Source: Anaeromyxobacteraceae bacterium (lineage in GTDB: Bacteria; Myxococcota; Myxococcia; Myxococcales; Anaeromyxobacteraceae). Taken from it: a stretch of DNA of 64,000 bases. Positions 53,565 to 63,572 of this stretch are shown here, one piece after another. The DNA lies in the NCBI GenBank assembly GCA_032654565.1, contig JAULAX010000015.1, forward strand, positions 896,001 to 960,000, read 5' to 3'. The translations under genes were made by a program, and so were the position numbers. Each line of letters begins with the position of its first letter. Positions within the stretch are counted from its first letter, which is position 1. Under the pieces are notes generated by a model. The model was not told where the DNA came from. It saw only the letters and a program-made list of their open reading frames with translations, and made no database searches.

Positions 53565-54884
53565 CTACCGCCTCCGCAGGTCGACCACCTTCCCCTTGGC
53601 GGCCACGTTGTCCATGGTGCTCTTCTCCACCAGCTTGACGTCGAAGCTGACCCCGAGGTCCGAGGCCAGGCGGTGGCGCAGCAGGTCGCGGTAGCCGGCC
53701 TGGCGCCGCATCTCGTCGAAGAAGACCGACTGCGAGACCTCGACCAGCACCGTCGCCACGTCGAGGGCCTGGCGCCGCTCCACCACCAGCTGGTAGCGGG
53801 GGGCGGACTGGTCCACGTCGCGGAGCACCGCCTCGACCTGCGCCGGGAAGACGTTCACGCCCTTGATGATGAGCATGTCGTCGGTGCGCGCCTCCATCCG
53901 CTTGAGCCGCGCCGAGGTCCGGCCGCAGGGGCACGGCCTGGTGTCCAGGGTGGTGAGGTCGCGGGTGCGGAAGCGGATCAGGGGGAAGGCCTCCTTGGTG
54001 AGCGAGGTGAGGACCAGCTCCCCCTCGACGCCCGGGGGCAGGGTGGCCAGGGTCACCGGGTCGATGATCTCGGGGATGAAGTGGTCCTCGTTGATGTGGA
54101 GCCCCTGGCGCTCCAGGCACTCCCCGGCGACGCCGGGCCCGAGGAGTTCGCTCACCGCGTAGTTGTCGGTGACGGTGACGTTGAGGGCCTCCTGGATCTG
54201 CCGGCGGGTCTCCTCGCGGAAGGGCTCGCCGCCCACCAGGACGCGCCGGAGCGACAGGGCGTTCATGTTGAGGTTGTCGGCCCGCATCGCCTCGATGAGG
54301 TGGAGCGCGTAGCTCGGCGTGGAGACCAGGGCGGTGGTCTTGTAGTCCACCATGATCTTGATCTGGCGCTTGGTGTTGCCGCTGGAGATGGGGATCACCG
54401 AGGCGCCCAGCCGCTCGGCGGCGAAGTGGACCCCGAAGGCGCCGGTGAAGAGGCCGTAATCGAAGGTGATCTGGAGGACGTCGTCCTTGGATACGCCCTC
54501 GGCCACCAGCATCCGGGCCATGAGGTTGGCCCAGGTCTTGATGTCGTTGCGGGTGTATCCCATGACGATGCCGGAGCTGCCCGAGCCGCCGGTGCCGTGG
54601 AGGCGGACCACCTCCCGCAGCGGCACCGCCAGGAAGCCGTACGGGTAGGCGTCGGCCAGGTCGCCCTTGGTGGTGAAGGGGAGACGCCGCAGGTCGTCGA
54701 GCGACCGGAGGTCATCGGGATCGAACCGGATGGTGTCGAAGGCGGCCCGATAGAAGGGGACGCTGCGCGCCACCCGGCTCACCGTGGCCTGGAGCCGCTC
54801 CAGCTGCAGCTGCTCCAGCTCATCGCGGCGGATGCGCTCTTCGTCGGGCTGCCAGAAGGCGGCCGGGGACAAGGTGGCGGTCAT
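53565..54884 (-). CDS. Phenylacetate-CoA ligase family protein, divergent copy
   Basis: LPFTTK, YGLFTG, RTRDLT, RTDDMLIIKGVNVFP; P-loop altered to HGTGGSGSSG. Confidence 0.85.
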   Translation of the reverse strand: MTATLSPAAFWQPDEERIRRDELEQLQLERLQATVSRVARSVPFYRAAFDTIRFDPDDLRSLDDLRRLPFTTKGDLADAYPYGFLAVPLREVVRLHGTGGSGSSGIVMGYTRNDIKTWANLMARMLVAEGVSKDDVLQITFDYGLFTGAFGVHFAAERLGASVIPISSGNTKRQIKIMVDYKTTALVSTPSYALHLIEAMRADNLNMNALSLRRVLVGGEPFREETRRQIQEALNVTVTDNYAVSELLGPGVAGECLERQGLHINEDHFIPEIIDPVTLATLPPGVEGELVLTSLTKEAFPLIRFRTRDLTTLDTRPCPCGRTSARLKRMEARTDDMLIIKGVNVFPAQVEAVLRDVDQSAPRYQLVVERRQALDVATVLVEVSQSVFFDEMRRQAGYRDLLRHRLASDLGVSFDVKLVEKSTMDNVAAKGKVVDLRRR

Positions 54885-55627
54885 GTGGTTCCCCTCTCGG
54901 CTTCGGGATGGACGTCCCGGCCCAGGTAGGCGCGCTGCATCTCCCGGCTGGCAAGCAGGTCCTCGGCCGAGCCCTCCAGGACGATGCGCCCGGTCTCGAG
55001 CACGTAGCCCCGGTTGGCGATCTTGAGGGCGCCACGGGCGTTCTGCTCCACCAGGAGCACGGTGCACCCGTCCTTGCTGATCCGGGTGATGACCTCGAAG
55101 ATCTCCCTCACCACCAGCGGCGCCAGCCCCATCGACGGCTCGTCGAGCATCAGCAAGGTGGGCCGGGCCATCAGGGCCCGGCCGATGGCCAGCATCTGCT
55201 GCTCCCCGCCGGAGAGGGTCCCGCCCAGCTGGCCGGCCCGCCGCTCCAGGATGGGGAACATCTTCAGCACCCGCTTCAGGTCGGCCTTGACCTCGGCGGC
55301 CTGGCCGCGCCGGTACTGGACGTAGGCGCCCAGCACCAGGTTGTCGTGCACCGTGAGGTCGCCGAAGATCTGCCGCCCCTCCGGCACCAGGGAGCAGCCC
55401 CTGGCGACGATGCGGGCCGTGCTGTCCTGCAGGATCGACTCCCCCCGCAGCCGGACGTCGCCGCGGCGGGGCCGGACCAGGCCGGTGATGGTCTTGAGGA
55501 GCGTGGTCTTGCCGGCGCCGTTGGCCCCGACGATGGCCACCACCTCGCCCTGGTTGACGTGCAGGGAGACGCCCCGGAGCACGTTGACGGCCCCGTAGGC
55601 CACGTCGAGGGTCCGGATGGTCAGCAC
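54881..55627 (-). CDS. livF: HAAT ABC ATPase LivF
   Basis: GANGAGKT, VPEGR, LSGGEQQML, DEPSMGLAP, VEQN. Confidence 0.92.
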   Translation of the reverse strand: MLTIRTLDVAYGAVNVLRGVSLHVNQGEVVAIVGANGAGKTTLLKTITGLVRPRRGDVRLRGESILQDSTARIVARGCSLVPEGRQIFGDLTVHDNLVLGAYVQYRRGQAAEVKADLKRVLKMFPILERRAGQLGGTLSGGEQQMLAIGRALMARPTLLMLDEPSMGLAPLVVREIFEVITRISKDGCTVLLVEQNARGALKIANRGYVLETGRIVLEGSAEDLLASREMQRAYLGRDVHPEAERGTT

Positions 55628-56388
55628 GCCTCCTCCCCCAGGTAGACCTTCACCACCTGCGGGTCCCGCTGCACGGTGTTGGGATCGGCCTCGGCGATCT
55701 TCTCGCCGTAGCTCAGGACCAGCACCTCGTCGCAGATCTCCATCACCAGTGACATGTCGTGCTCCACCAGCAGCACGGTGATGCCCCGCTCCCGGATGCG
55801 GGTGATGAGGCCGGCCAGGTCGCGGGTCTCGCGCATGTTGAGGCCGGCGGCCGGCTCGTCGAGGAGCAGCAGGTCGGGGTCGGAGGCCAGGGCGCGGGCC
55901 AGCTCCACGGCGCGCTGCTGGCCGTAGGCCAGGCTGGTGGCCTCGGCGTCGGCGAGCGCCTCGATCCCCAGGAAGGCCATGGTCTCCAGGGCGCGGCTTC
56001 GCACCCCTTCGGCCTCGCGCCGGGCCCAGCCCAGGTCGAGCATCCCGGCCAGGAAGCCGGCCCGGCTGCGCAGGTGGCGGCCCACCATGACGTTCTCCAG
56101 CGCCGACAGGTGGGCGAAGAGCCGGATGTTCTGGAAGGTGCGCGAGATCCCGTGCGCCGCCACCTGGTGTGGACGAAGCCCGTGGAGGGGGCGGCCGCCG
56201 AAGTTGATGGTGCCGCGGTCTGGCGCCGAGAAGCCCGAGACCATGTTGAAGAGGGTGGTCTTGCCGGCGCCGTTGGGGCCGATCACCGCCTTGATCATCC
56301 CCCGGCGCAGCTGGAAGCTCACGTCGCTGACGGCCTGGACGCCGCCGAAGCGCTTGGAGACCCCGCTGACCTCGAGGAAGGGCGTCAC
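55621..56388 (-). CDS. livG: HAAT ABC ATPase LivG
   Basis: GPNGAGKT, RTFQ, LAYGQQR, DEPAAG, VEHDM. Confidence 0.92.
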   Translation of the reverse strand: MTPFLEVSGVSKRFGGVQAVSDVSFQLRRGMIKAVIGPNGAGKTTLFNMVSGFSAPDRGTINFGGRPLHGLRPHQVAAHGISRTFQNIRLFAHLSALENVMVGRHLRSRAGFLAGMLDLGWARREAEGVRSRALETMAFLGIEALADAEATSLAYGQQRAVELARALASDPDLLLLDEPAAGLNMRETRDLAGLITRIRERGITVLLVEHDMSLVMEICDEVLVLSYGEKIAEADPNTVQRDPQVVKVYLGEEAC

Positions 56389-57467
56389 CGCGGCGCCTCC
56401 GCGGGCCGGCGCAGCCTGGACCGGAGGGCCGCCAGGGCGCGGCGCGGCTCCAGGGCCAGCAGGCCGTCCGGCGCGAAGAGCATGATGCCGACCAGGATCA
56501 CGCCGAAGACCACGTCGTCGAAGATGCCGAAGTAACCGCGCAGGGAGAGGAAGTTGAGCGTCATGCTCATCCCCAGGGTGCCCCACAGGCTGCCCATGCC
56601 ACCGACGGCGACGATGGCCATGTACTTCACCGACTTCATGACCGAGGCCTCGGAGGGACCGATGCCGCCGTTGAAGTGGGTGAGGAAGACCCCGGCCACG
56701 GCGGCCAGGGCGGCGCTCAGCACGAAGGTCTTCAGCTTGAGGCCGGCGGTGTCGACGCCCATGGCGTCGGCCGCGTCCTCGGCGGCGTGGATGGCGCGGA
56801 GCGCCCGGCCCACCCGCGCCTGCACCAGGTTGAGCAGCAGCAGCATGGCCGCCCCCAGCAGCACCGCGGCCACGTAGTAGTTGATCACCCGCCCCGAGAC
56901 CCGGCCGCTGACGCTGGCGCCGAAGGGGAGCGGGAAGGGCGGGACCGCGGAGATGCCGTCGGCGGCGCCGAGCCACTGGGTCCCCAGGGTGATGCTGTAG
57001 ACGATGGTCCCGACGCCGAGGGTGGCCATGGCCAGGTAGTGCCCCTTGAGCTTGAGCACCGGGATCCCCACCAGGAAGGCCACCACGATGGCCAGGGCCA
57101 CGGCCAGGAGACAGGCCACCAGCGGGTGGACCACCAGCAGCTCGCCTCCGTAGAGATCGGAGCGGGCCAGCAGGAGGCCGAGCCGCTCCGAGACCGCGAC
57201 CACCGGAAGGGTCCGGTACGGGGCCAGGTCGAGGGTGGTGAGCACCGCCGAGGTGTAGCCACCCAGGGCGAAGAAGGCGGCGTGGCCGAGAGAGATCTGC
57301 CCGGCGTAGCCCATCAGCAGCGAGATCCCCACCGCCACCAGCGTGTAGTAGGCCGACATGGTCAGCTGGGTGAGGAGGAAGCCCTTCCCGGTCGCCGCCG
57401 CGGCGAGCTGGATGGCCACGGCGCTGGCCATGAAGATCCCCACCTGGCCGTAGCGGTTGAAGGTCAC
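56385..57467 (-). CDS. livM: HAAT ABC permease LivM
   Basis: GYAGQISLGHAAFF, LKGHYLAMATL, GRALRAI, VGGMGS. Confidence 0.9.
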   Translation of the reverse strand: MTFNRYGQVGIFMASAVAIQLAAAATGKGFLLTQLTMSAYYTLVAVGISLLMGYAGQISLGHAAFFALGGYTSAVLTTLDLAPYRTLPVVAVSERLGLLLARSDLYGGELLVVHPLVACLLAVALAIVVAFLVGIPVLKLKGHYLAMATLGVGTIVYSITLGTQWLGAADGISAVPPFPLPFGASVSGRVSGRVINYYVAAVLLGAAMLLLLNLVQARVGRALRAIHAAEDAADAMGVDTAGLKLKTFVLSAALAAVAGVFLTHFNGGIGPSEASVMKSVKYMAIVAVGGMGSLWGTLGMSMTLNFLSLRGYFGIFDDVVFGVILVGIMLFAPDGLLALEPRRALAALRSRLRRPAEAPR

Positions 57468-57474
57468 GGAGCCC

Positions 57475-58353
57475 CTAGGGCCGGTAGGCGACCCGGGCGG
57501 CGAAGAGGCCGGTGGGCCGGAGGAAGAGGATGGCGAGCAGGAGGGCGATGGAGACGGCGTCCTTGTACGCCGAGGGGAGGACCGAGACGGCGAAGGCCTC
57601 CAGCACCCCCAGCACCAGTCCGGCGGTCACCGCGGCCAGGCTGCTGCCGAGCCCGCCCAGGATGGCGACGGTGAAGCCCTTGAGGGCCAGGCCGGTGCCG
57701 ATGTTGTACTGGGTGTAGGTGATGGGCGAGACCACGCAGCCGGCCAGGGCGCCCATCCCGGCGCTCAGGACGAAGGAGGCGGTCACCAGGTTGCGGGTCG
57801 GCAGGCCGCAGAGGGCCGCGGCCACCCGGTTCGAGGAGCAGGCCCGCATCTGCTTCCCGGTGCTGCTCCAGCGGAAGAAGGCCGTGGTGAGCGCCACCAG
57901 GGCCGAGCAGGCGCCCAGCGTCCAGAGCACCTGGGGCGAGACCCGGGCGCCGCCGATGGAGAGGGAGGTGATCTCGGTGCCGGTGAAGTAGGGGAGGGCC
58001 CGGACGCTCTGTCCCCAGACCAGCAGGGCGGCCTCGCGGATGAGGATGGAGATGCCGACGGTGATGATGATCATCCGCAGCACCGACGGGCTGGAGAGCC
58101 AGCGGATGAAGATCAGTTCGACCAGCCCGCCGACCACCATGGTGGCCATGACCGCCAGGAGGACGGCGAGCGGGAGCGGCATCCACTCGAGCAGGGAGAC
58201 GGCGATCATCCCGCCCAGCATCACGAACTCGCCCTGGGCGAAGTTGATGACGCCGGTGGCGTTGTAGATGATGTTGAAGCCCATCCCCACCACGGCGTAG
58301 ATCATCCCGTAGGTGAGCCCGGCCATCAGGTACTGGAAGAAGAGGGCGGACAC
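57475..58353 (-). CDS. livH: HAAT ABC permease LivH
   Basis: GVINFAQGE, GKQMRA, ILGGLGS, RPTGLF. Confidence 0.9.
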   Translation of the reverse strand: MSALFFQYLMAGLTYGMIYAVVGMGFNIIYNATGVINFAQGEFVMLGGMIAVSLLEWMPLPLAVLLAVMATMVVGGLVELIFIRWLSSPSVLRMIIITVGISILIREAALLVWGQSVRALPYFTGTEITSLSIGGARVSPQVLWTLGACSALVALTTAFFRWSSTGKQMRACSSNRVAAALCGLPTRNLVTASFVLSAGMGALAGCVVSPITYTQYNIGTGLALKGFTVAILGGLGSSLAAVTAGLVLGVLEAFAVSVLPSAYKDAVSIALLLAILFLRPTGLFAARVAYRP

Positions 58354-58377
58354 CGGGCGGGTCTTCGTCAGCGTCCG

Positions 58378-58803
58378 CTAGATGGGATCGAGGCGGTCGA
58401 GGATGGTGGCGCCGGCGCCGCGCAGGGCGTCGAGGGCGCGGCCGATCTCGTCGAAGCGGAAGATGATGATGGCCCGGTCTCCCTTGCGCCGCGCCGCCGA
58501 GTACATGTACTCGACGTTGATGCCGCTGCGGCGGAGCGCGTGGAGCGTCTCGCTGAGCCCGCCGGGCCGGTCCGGAACCTCGACGGCCACCACCCGCGTC
58601 TTGTCCACGGTGAACCCGGCCTCCTTGAGGATGCGCCGGGTCTCCTCGGGATCGTCGACGATGAGCCGGAGGATGCCGAAGTCGGCCATGTCGGCCAGCG
58701 AGAGCGCCTTCATGTCGATGCCGTGCTTGGCCAGCACGTCGACGACCTCGACGAGTCCGCCAGACCGGTTCTCCAGGAATACCGAGACCTGCGCGACTTC
58801 CAT
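58378..58803 (-). CDS. Double ACT-domain protein
   Basis: QVSVFLENRSGGL, FGILRLIV, DRPGGL, INVEYMY. Confidence 0.9.
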   Translation of the reverse strand: MEVAQVSVFLENRSGGLVEVVDVLAKHGIDMKALSLADMADFGILRLIVDDPEETRRILKEAGFTVDKTRVVAVEVPDRPGGLSETLHALRRSGINVEYMYSAARRKGDRAIIIFRFDEIGRALDALRGAGATILDRLDPI

Positions 58804-58857
58804 GTGTCTTCTCCCCGGGGCCTGGGACGGGGCGCGCCGGCGCCGCGTCCGGCCCGC

Positions 58858-60228
58858 CTAGATGGTGCGCTTGTCGATGACCCGCTTGGCCTTGCCCTCG
58901 CTCCGCGCCAGGGATCGAGGCTCGACCAGGGTCACCTTGGCCCGGATGCCAAGCACCCGCTCGAGCTCCAGGCCGAGGTTGCGGTGGAGCGTCTCCAAGC
59001 CCCGCATCTTGTCCGAAAAGACCTCGGCGGTCACCTCGACCTGGACCTCCATGTCGTCGAGCCCCTTCTCCCGCGTCAGCACGATGGCGTAGTGGGGCAA
59101 GGTCCCCTCGACCTTGAGGAGCGCCGTCTCCACCTGGGAGGGGAAGACGTTGACGCCGCGGATGATGAACATGTCGTCGGAGCGCCGCTCGATGCGCTTG
59201 ATGCGCCGGAGCGTCCGGCCGCAGGCGCAGGGCTCGGCGATCAGGGTGGTCACGTCGCGGGTCCGGTAGCGGATCATGGGCATGGCCTGCTTGGAGAGGG
59301 TGGTGAGCACCAGCTCGCCCTCGGTGCCATCCGGGAGCACCGCGCCGGTGGCCGGATCGATGATCTCCGGGAAGAAGTGATCCTCGTAGAGGTGGAGACC
59401 GACCTGGTGGACGCACTCGGCGCCCACGCCCGGGCCGATGATCTCGGAGAGGCCGTAGATGTCGTAGCCGCGGATGCCGGTGTCCTTCTGGATGCGCTGG
59501 CGCATGGCCTCGCTCCAGGGCTCGGCGCCGAAGACGCCCACCCGCAGGCGGGAGAAGTCGATCTTGTCCTCCTGGGCCCGCTCGACGAGGTGGAGGAAGT
59601 AGGAGGGGGTGCAGCAGATGACGGTGGCGCCGAAGTCCTGCATCACCATGATCTGGCGCTCGGTGTTGCCCCCGCTGATGGGGATGACCGTGGCGCCGAG
59701 GGCCTCTCCGCCGTAGTGGGCGCCCAGCCCGCCGGTGAAGAGGCCGTAGCCATAGGCGTTCTGGATGATGTCGCCGCGGTGGACGCCGAAGGAGGCGAAG
59801 GCGCGGACCATGACCTCCTTCCAGACCTCGAGGTCGGCCTGGGTGTAGGCCACCACGATGGGCCGGCCGGTGGTCCCCGAGGAGGCGTGGAGCCGGACGA
59901 TCTGCTCCATGGGGCAGGCGAAGAGGCCGAAGGGATAGGTGTCGCGCAGGTCGGCCTTGACCGTGAAGGGCAGCCGGGCCAGGTCGCTGGGGGCCTGGAT
60001 GTCGCTCGGGGAGAGGCCGTGCTCCTCCATCCGCCGCCGGAAGTGCTCGACCCGCCCGTAGGCCAGCTCCACGGTGGAGCGGAGGCGCTGCAGCTGGACC
60101 TCCTGGAGCCGGGCTCGCGGCAGGTAGTCCGAGGCGCTCCAGGGGTGGAAACCGCTTGCCGGATCGTTCCGGGTGCTCAACGTCGACCTCCCGGGGCGGG
60201 GGTGCCCCTTCCTCGAATCCACGGTCAC
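58858..60228 (-). CDS. paaK: Phenylacetate-CoA ligase (start may be further downstream)
   Basis: [42 protein letters not shown]. Confidence 0.92.
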   Translation of the reverse strand: MTVDSRKGHPRPGRSTLSTRNDPASGFHPWSASDYLPRARLQEVQLQRLRSTVELAYGRVEHFRRRMEEHGLSPSDIQAPSDLARLPFTVKADLRDTYPFGLFACPMEQIVRLHASSGTTGRPIVVAYTQADLEVWKEVMVRAFASFGVHRGDIIQNAYGYGLFTGGLGAHYGGEALGATVIPISGGNTERQIMVMQDFGATVICCTPSYFLHLVERAQEDKIDFSRLRVGVFGAEPWSEAMRQRIQKDTGIRGYDIYGLSEIIGPGVGAECVHQVGLHLYEDHFFPEIIDPATGAVLPDGTEGELVLTTLSKQAMPMIRYRTRDVTTLIAEPCACGRTLRRIKRIERRSDDMFIIRGVNVFPSQVETALLKVEGTLPHYAIVLTREKGLDDMEVQVEVTAEVFSDKMRGLETLHRNLGLELERVLGIRAKVTLVEPRSLARSEGKAKRVIDKRTI

Positions 60229-60731
60229 CTGACGCCGGCCGCTGCCGCGGTCCTGGCGGCGCGGGCCCGACCCAGCTTGAAGGCCTGCTCGTTCATGGCG
60301 TGCAGCCGCTCCGCCAGGGCGGCCCGGACCGCCTCGAGGAAGATCCCCTCGGGGATGTCGAGGTGCGCCGAGAGCGCTCCCAGGAGCGCCACGTTGAGGC
60401 TGCGCTGGTTGGTGAGCTCCGCCGCCGGGATGAAGTCGGGCGCCAGGAGCAGGCCGCCCGGCCGCAGCAGCGGCCGGGTGACCTCGACCTCGGAGGGCGC
60501 CAGCACCACCAGGAAGTCGGCCTCGCCCCGGGGGATCATCGGCGAGAGCACCTTCTGGCCGAAGCGGACGTCGGAGGTGACCGAGCCGCCACGCTGGCTC
60601 ATGCCGTGGACCTCGGCCTTCTTGACGTCGAACCCGGCCCGCACCGCGGCGTCAGCCAGGATGTCCGAGGCCTTGATGACCCCCTGCCCGCCCAGCCCGG
60701 CCAGGATGACGTTGGTGACCCGGTCGCTCAC
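60225..60731 (-). CDS. iorB: Indolepyruvate:ferredoxin oxidoreductase beta subunit
   Basis: [24 protein letters not shown]. Confidence 0.9.
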   Translation of the reverse strand: MSDRVTNVILAGLGGQGVIKASDILADAAVRAGFDVKKAEVHGMSQRGGSVTSDVRFGQKVLSPMIPRGEADFLVVLAPSEVEVTRPLLRPGGLLLAPDFIPAAELTNQRSLNVALLGALSAHLDIPEGIFLEAVRAALAERLHAMNEQAFKLGRARAARTAAAAGVR

Positions 60732-62350
60732 GCGTCCTCCACGGCGCAGCCGGCGCAGGACGAGGCGCGGCTGGCCTCGGCCGCTTTCTCCCAGCCGCGG
60801 ATGTCGGCCGCCGCCAGCACGCAGGGGCGCCGGGCCACGATCATGGAGAGGCGGGGGGTGGCCAGCTTCTCGACCAGCAGCTTCTCGAAGCCGGCCGGGT
60901 CGGCGAAGGGATCGAGGATCGAGGTGTCGATCCCCATCGACCGGGCCACCCCCTCGATGGAGACCTTGCCGGTGGCCTCATGCTCCAGGGTCCGGCCGGT
61001 CCCGGGGTGCTCCTGCTGCCCGGTCATGGCGGTGATGCCGTTGTCGAGGACGATGACCACGTGGCCGAGCGCCGGGGGGTTGTAGACCATCTCCATGATG
61101 CCGGAGACGCCGGAGTGGATGAAGGTCGAGTCGCCGATGATGGAGACCACCCGTCGGGCCTGGTCGGGGGGGAGCACGTGGCGCAGCCCCAGGCCGACGC
61201 CGATCGAGGCCCCCATGGCCACGCAGGTGTCCATGGCCCGGTAGGGCTCCATGACGCCCAGCGTGTAGCAGCCGATGTCGCCGGCCACGATGCAGTCGAG
61301 CTTGCGCAGCGAGGCGTAGACCGGATGGTAGGGGCAGGCGGCGCAGAGCTCCGGCGGCTTCCCCTTGGGGAGCGGCGGCTCGGTGGAGAGGTCGCCGGCC
61401 AGGATGCGGCGGACCCGGCCGACGTCGAGCTCGCCGAAGCGGAACATCTCCGGCTTCGACTCGACGGCGATCCCGGCGGCGCGCAGCGCGTCGGCGATGA
61501 CCGGGTCGCCCTCCTCGATGACCAGGCAGCGCTTCACCCCGGCGGCGAAGGCGCGCAACCGCTCCACCGGGAGCGGGTGGACCAGGCCGATCTTGAAGAA
61601 GCTGGCGCCCGGGGAGGCCTCGGCGGCGTGCAGCGCGCAGACCCCGTCGGTGATGATCCCCAGCTCCGGGCTGCCCGGGGTGACGGTGTTGATGTCGCTG
61701 GTCTCGCCGAAGGCGGCGATCTCGGCCAGCTTGGCCCGCAGCTTCTTGTGGGCCGGGCGGGCGAAGGCCGGGACCATGACCCGGCCCGGGATGTCGCGCA
61801 CGAAGCTGGGGGCGCGGGGGGTCTCCGCCGCGGCCCGCGAGGTGACCAGGGACTTCGAGTGGCAGACCCGGGTGGTCATGCGGAACAGCACCGGCAGCGA
61901 CCAGCGCTCGCTGAGCTCGATGGCGCGGAAGAGGTAGTCGTAGGCCTCCTGGGGATCGGCCGGGGAGAGCATGGGCAGGCCGGCGGCGATGGCGTAGCGC
62001 CGGTTGTCCTGCTCGTTCTGCGAGGAGGCCATGCCGGGGTCGTCGGCCGAGACCACCACCAGGGCGCCGGTGACGCCGGTGTAGGCGGCGGTGAAGAGCG
62101 GGTCGGCGGCCACGTTGAGGCCGACGTGCTTCATGGTCACCAGGGCCCGGCCGCCGCCGTAGGCGGCTCCCAGCCCGACCTCGAGCGCCACCTTCTCGTT
62201 GGGCGCCCACTGGGCGCGCCCGCCCAGGGCGCCGAAGGCCTCCAGGATCTCGGTGGAGGGCGTGCCGGGATACCCGGTTCCCAGGGCGATGCCCGCGTCG
62301 CGGGCAGCGAGGGCGACGGCTTCGTCGCCGGAAAGCAGTCTTCTCTCCAT
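60728..62350 (-). CDS. iorA: Indolepyruvate:ferredoxin oxidoreductase alpha subunit (short form)
   Basis: YPGTPSTE, NEKVA, MKHVGLN, SSQNEQD, CAACP, GDIGCY, GDSTF, DNGITAMTG. Confidence 0.92.
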   Translation of the reverse strand: MERRLLSGDEAVALAARDAGIALGTGYPGTPSTEILEAFGALGGRAQWAPNEKVALEVGLGAAYGGGRALVTMKHVGLNVAADPLFTAAYTGVTGALVVVSADDPGMASSQNEQDNRRYAIAAGLPMLSPADPQEAYDYLFRAIELSERWSLPVLFRMTTRVCHSKSLVTSRAAAETPRAPSFVRDIPGRVMVPAFARPAHKKLRAKLAEIAAFGETSDINTVTPGSPELGIITDGVCALHAAEASPGASFFKIGLVHPLPVERLRAFAAGVKRCLVIEEGDPVIADALRAAGIAVESKPEMFRFGELDVGRVRRILAGDLSTEPPLPKGKPPELCAACPYHPVYASLRKLDCIVAGDIGCYTLGVMEPYRAMDTCVAMGASIGVGLGLRHVLPPDQARRVVSIIGDSTFIHSGVSGIMEMVYNPPALGHVVIVLDNGITAMTGQQEHPGTGRTLEHEATGKVSIEGVARSMGIDTSILDPFADPAGFEKLLVEKLATPRLSMIVARRPCVLAAADIRGWEKAAEASRASSCAGCAVEDA

Positions 62351-62380
62351 CACGTCGGCTCCCGCGTGGGAATAGCAGGC

Positions 62381-62411
62381 ATTCTGGTACGCTTTTACTT
62401 GAATTGTCCAG
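62381..62411. promoter_or_regulatory. Shared upstream motif, copy 3
   Basis: ATTCTGGTACgcTTTTACttgaATTGTCCAG, 30 bp upstream of iorA. Confidence 0.65.
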
Positions 62412-62541
62412 AGTCTCGGTGCGGACGGGGCAAGGATCAACCGTCGAGGCGGCTGGGCGGCTCCTGTCCTGTCAGGCCTGCCGGGCGTTACGGAAAACGT
62501 TCTCTTGCCGCCGCAGACCCCTTCTGGTCTCCTCACCGGGT

Positions 62542-63474
62542 ATGCGACCATCCAAGCGCCACCACCTCCTCACCCTGGCCTGCCTGGTCCTTGTCGCCCC
62601 CGCCGCCCGCGCCGAGGGGCCGGCCCCGGCGGCAGCCACCGCCGCGCCGCCCGCCGCCGCGGCGCCGGCCCCGCCGCACGGGCCGCTGCCGGGCCAGCAG
62701 GTGGTGGTGGTGCTCAAGGACGGCCAGCGGCTGAGGGGGACGCTGGTGAGCCAGGACGCCGACGGCCTCACCATCGAGTCCTCCGGCGCCCGGGTGCACC
62801 TGGCCGCCGCCTCGGTGCAGTCGCTGGCCCTCCCCGGCAGCGCCGCCGCCGAGGGGCCGTGGCCGCGCGACCCCAACCGGACCCGCTACCTCTACTCGCC
62901 GAGCGGCTTCATGCTGCGCCAGGGGGAGGGGTATCTGTCGCAGACCCAGCTGATCATCACCTCGGTCGGCGTCGGCCTCACCGACTGGCTGACGCTGCAG
63001 GCCGGCACCATCCTGCCCTGGGCCATCTACGAGCCCTCGACCATGCCCTACATCGTGGCCGTCAAGGCGGGCGGCTCGCCCAGCCCGTCGGTCCACCTGG
63101 CCGGCGGCTTCCAGACCCTCTTCCTCCCCGGGATCAAGGAGCTGCCGGCGGTCGGGTTCCTCTACGGCACCGTCACCCTGGGGACCGAGGACCTGCACCT
63201 CGGCCTCTCCGGGGGGCCACCCTTCGCCTTCGACAAGAGCAGCACCAGGCTGGGGTCGGCCATCTTCTCGCTCTCCGGCAACTGGCGCCTCGGCCGCTCC
63301 ATCGCCCTGGTCAGCGAGAACTGGATCGTCCCGGTGAACGGCTCCAGCCAGCTCACCGGCAGCGCCGCCGTCCGCTTCATCGGCGAGCGGCTCGGCGTCG
63401 ACGCCGGGTTCATCTTCGTGAACGGCGTGGGCGTGCCGCTCCCCTGGCTCGACTTCACCTGGCACTGGTACTGA
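62542..63474 (+). CDS. Secreted, probably outer-membrane hypothetical protein
   Basis: Signal peptide, Pro/Ala linker, small VVLKDGQRLRG domain, amphipathic beta strands, aromatic C-terminus (LDFTWHWY). Confidence 0.65.
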   Translation: MRPSKRHHLLTLACLVLVAPAARAEGPAPAAATAAPPAAAAPAPPHGPLPGQQVVVVLKDGQRLRGTLVSQDADGLTIESSGARVHLAAASVQSLALPGSAAAEGPWPRDPNRTRYLYSPSGFMLRQGEGYLSQTQLIITSVGVGLTDWLTLQAGTILPWAIYEPSTMPYIVAVKAGGSPSPSVHLAGGFQTLFLPGIKELPAVGFLYGTVTLGTEDLHLGLSGGPPFAFDKSSTRLGSAIFSLSGNWRLGRSIALVSENWIVPVNGSSQLTGSAAVRFIGERLGVDAGFIFVNGVGVPLPWLDFTWHWY

Positions 63475-63476
63475 GA

Positions 63477-63501
63477 GCGCCCCCCGCCTGGCGGGGGGCG
63501 C
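63477..63501. terminator. GC hairpin between convergent genes
   Basis: GCGCCCCCCGCC-T-GGCGGGGGGCGC directly after the stop at 63474; no U-tract. Confidence 0.4.
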
Positions 63502-63572
63502 CCAGGTCGGCCGCGGCACGAGCACATCTCGCAACCCCCGGCCGCAGGAGGCTGGGGGTCATGTGATGTGCG

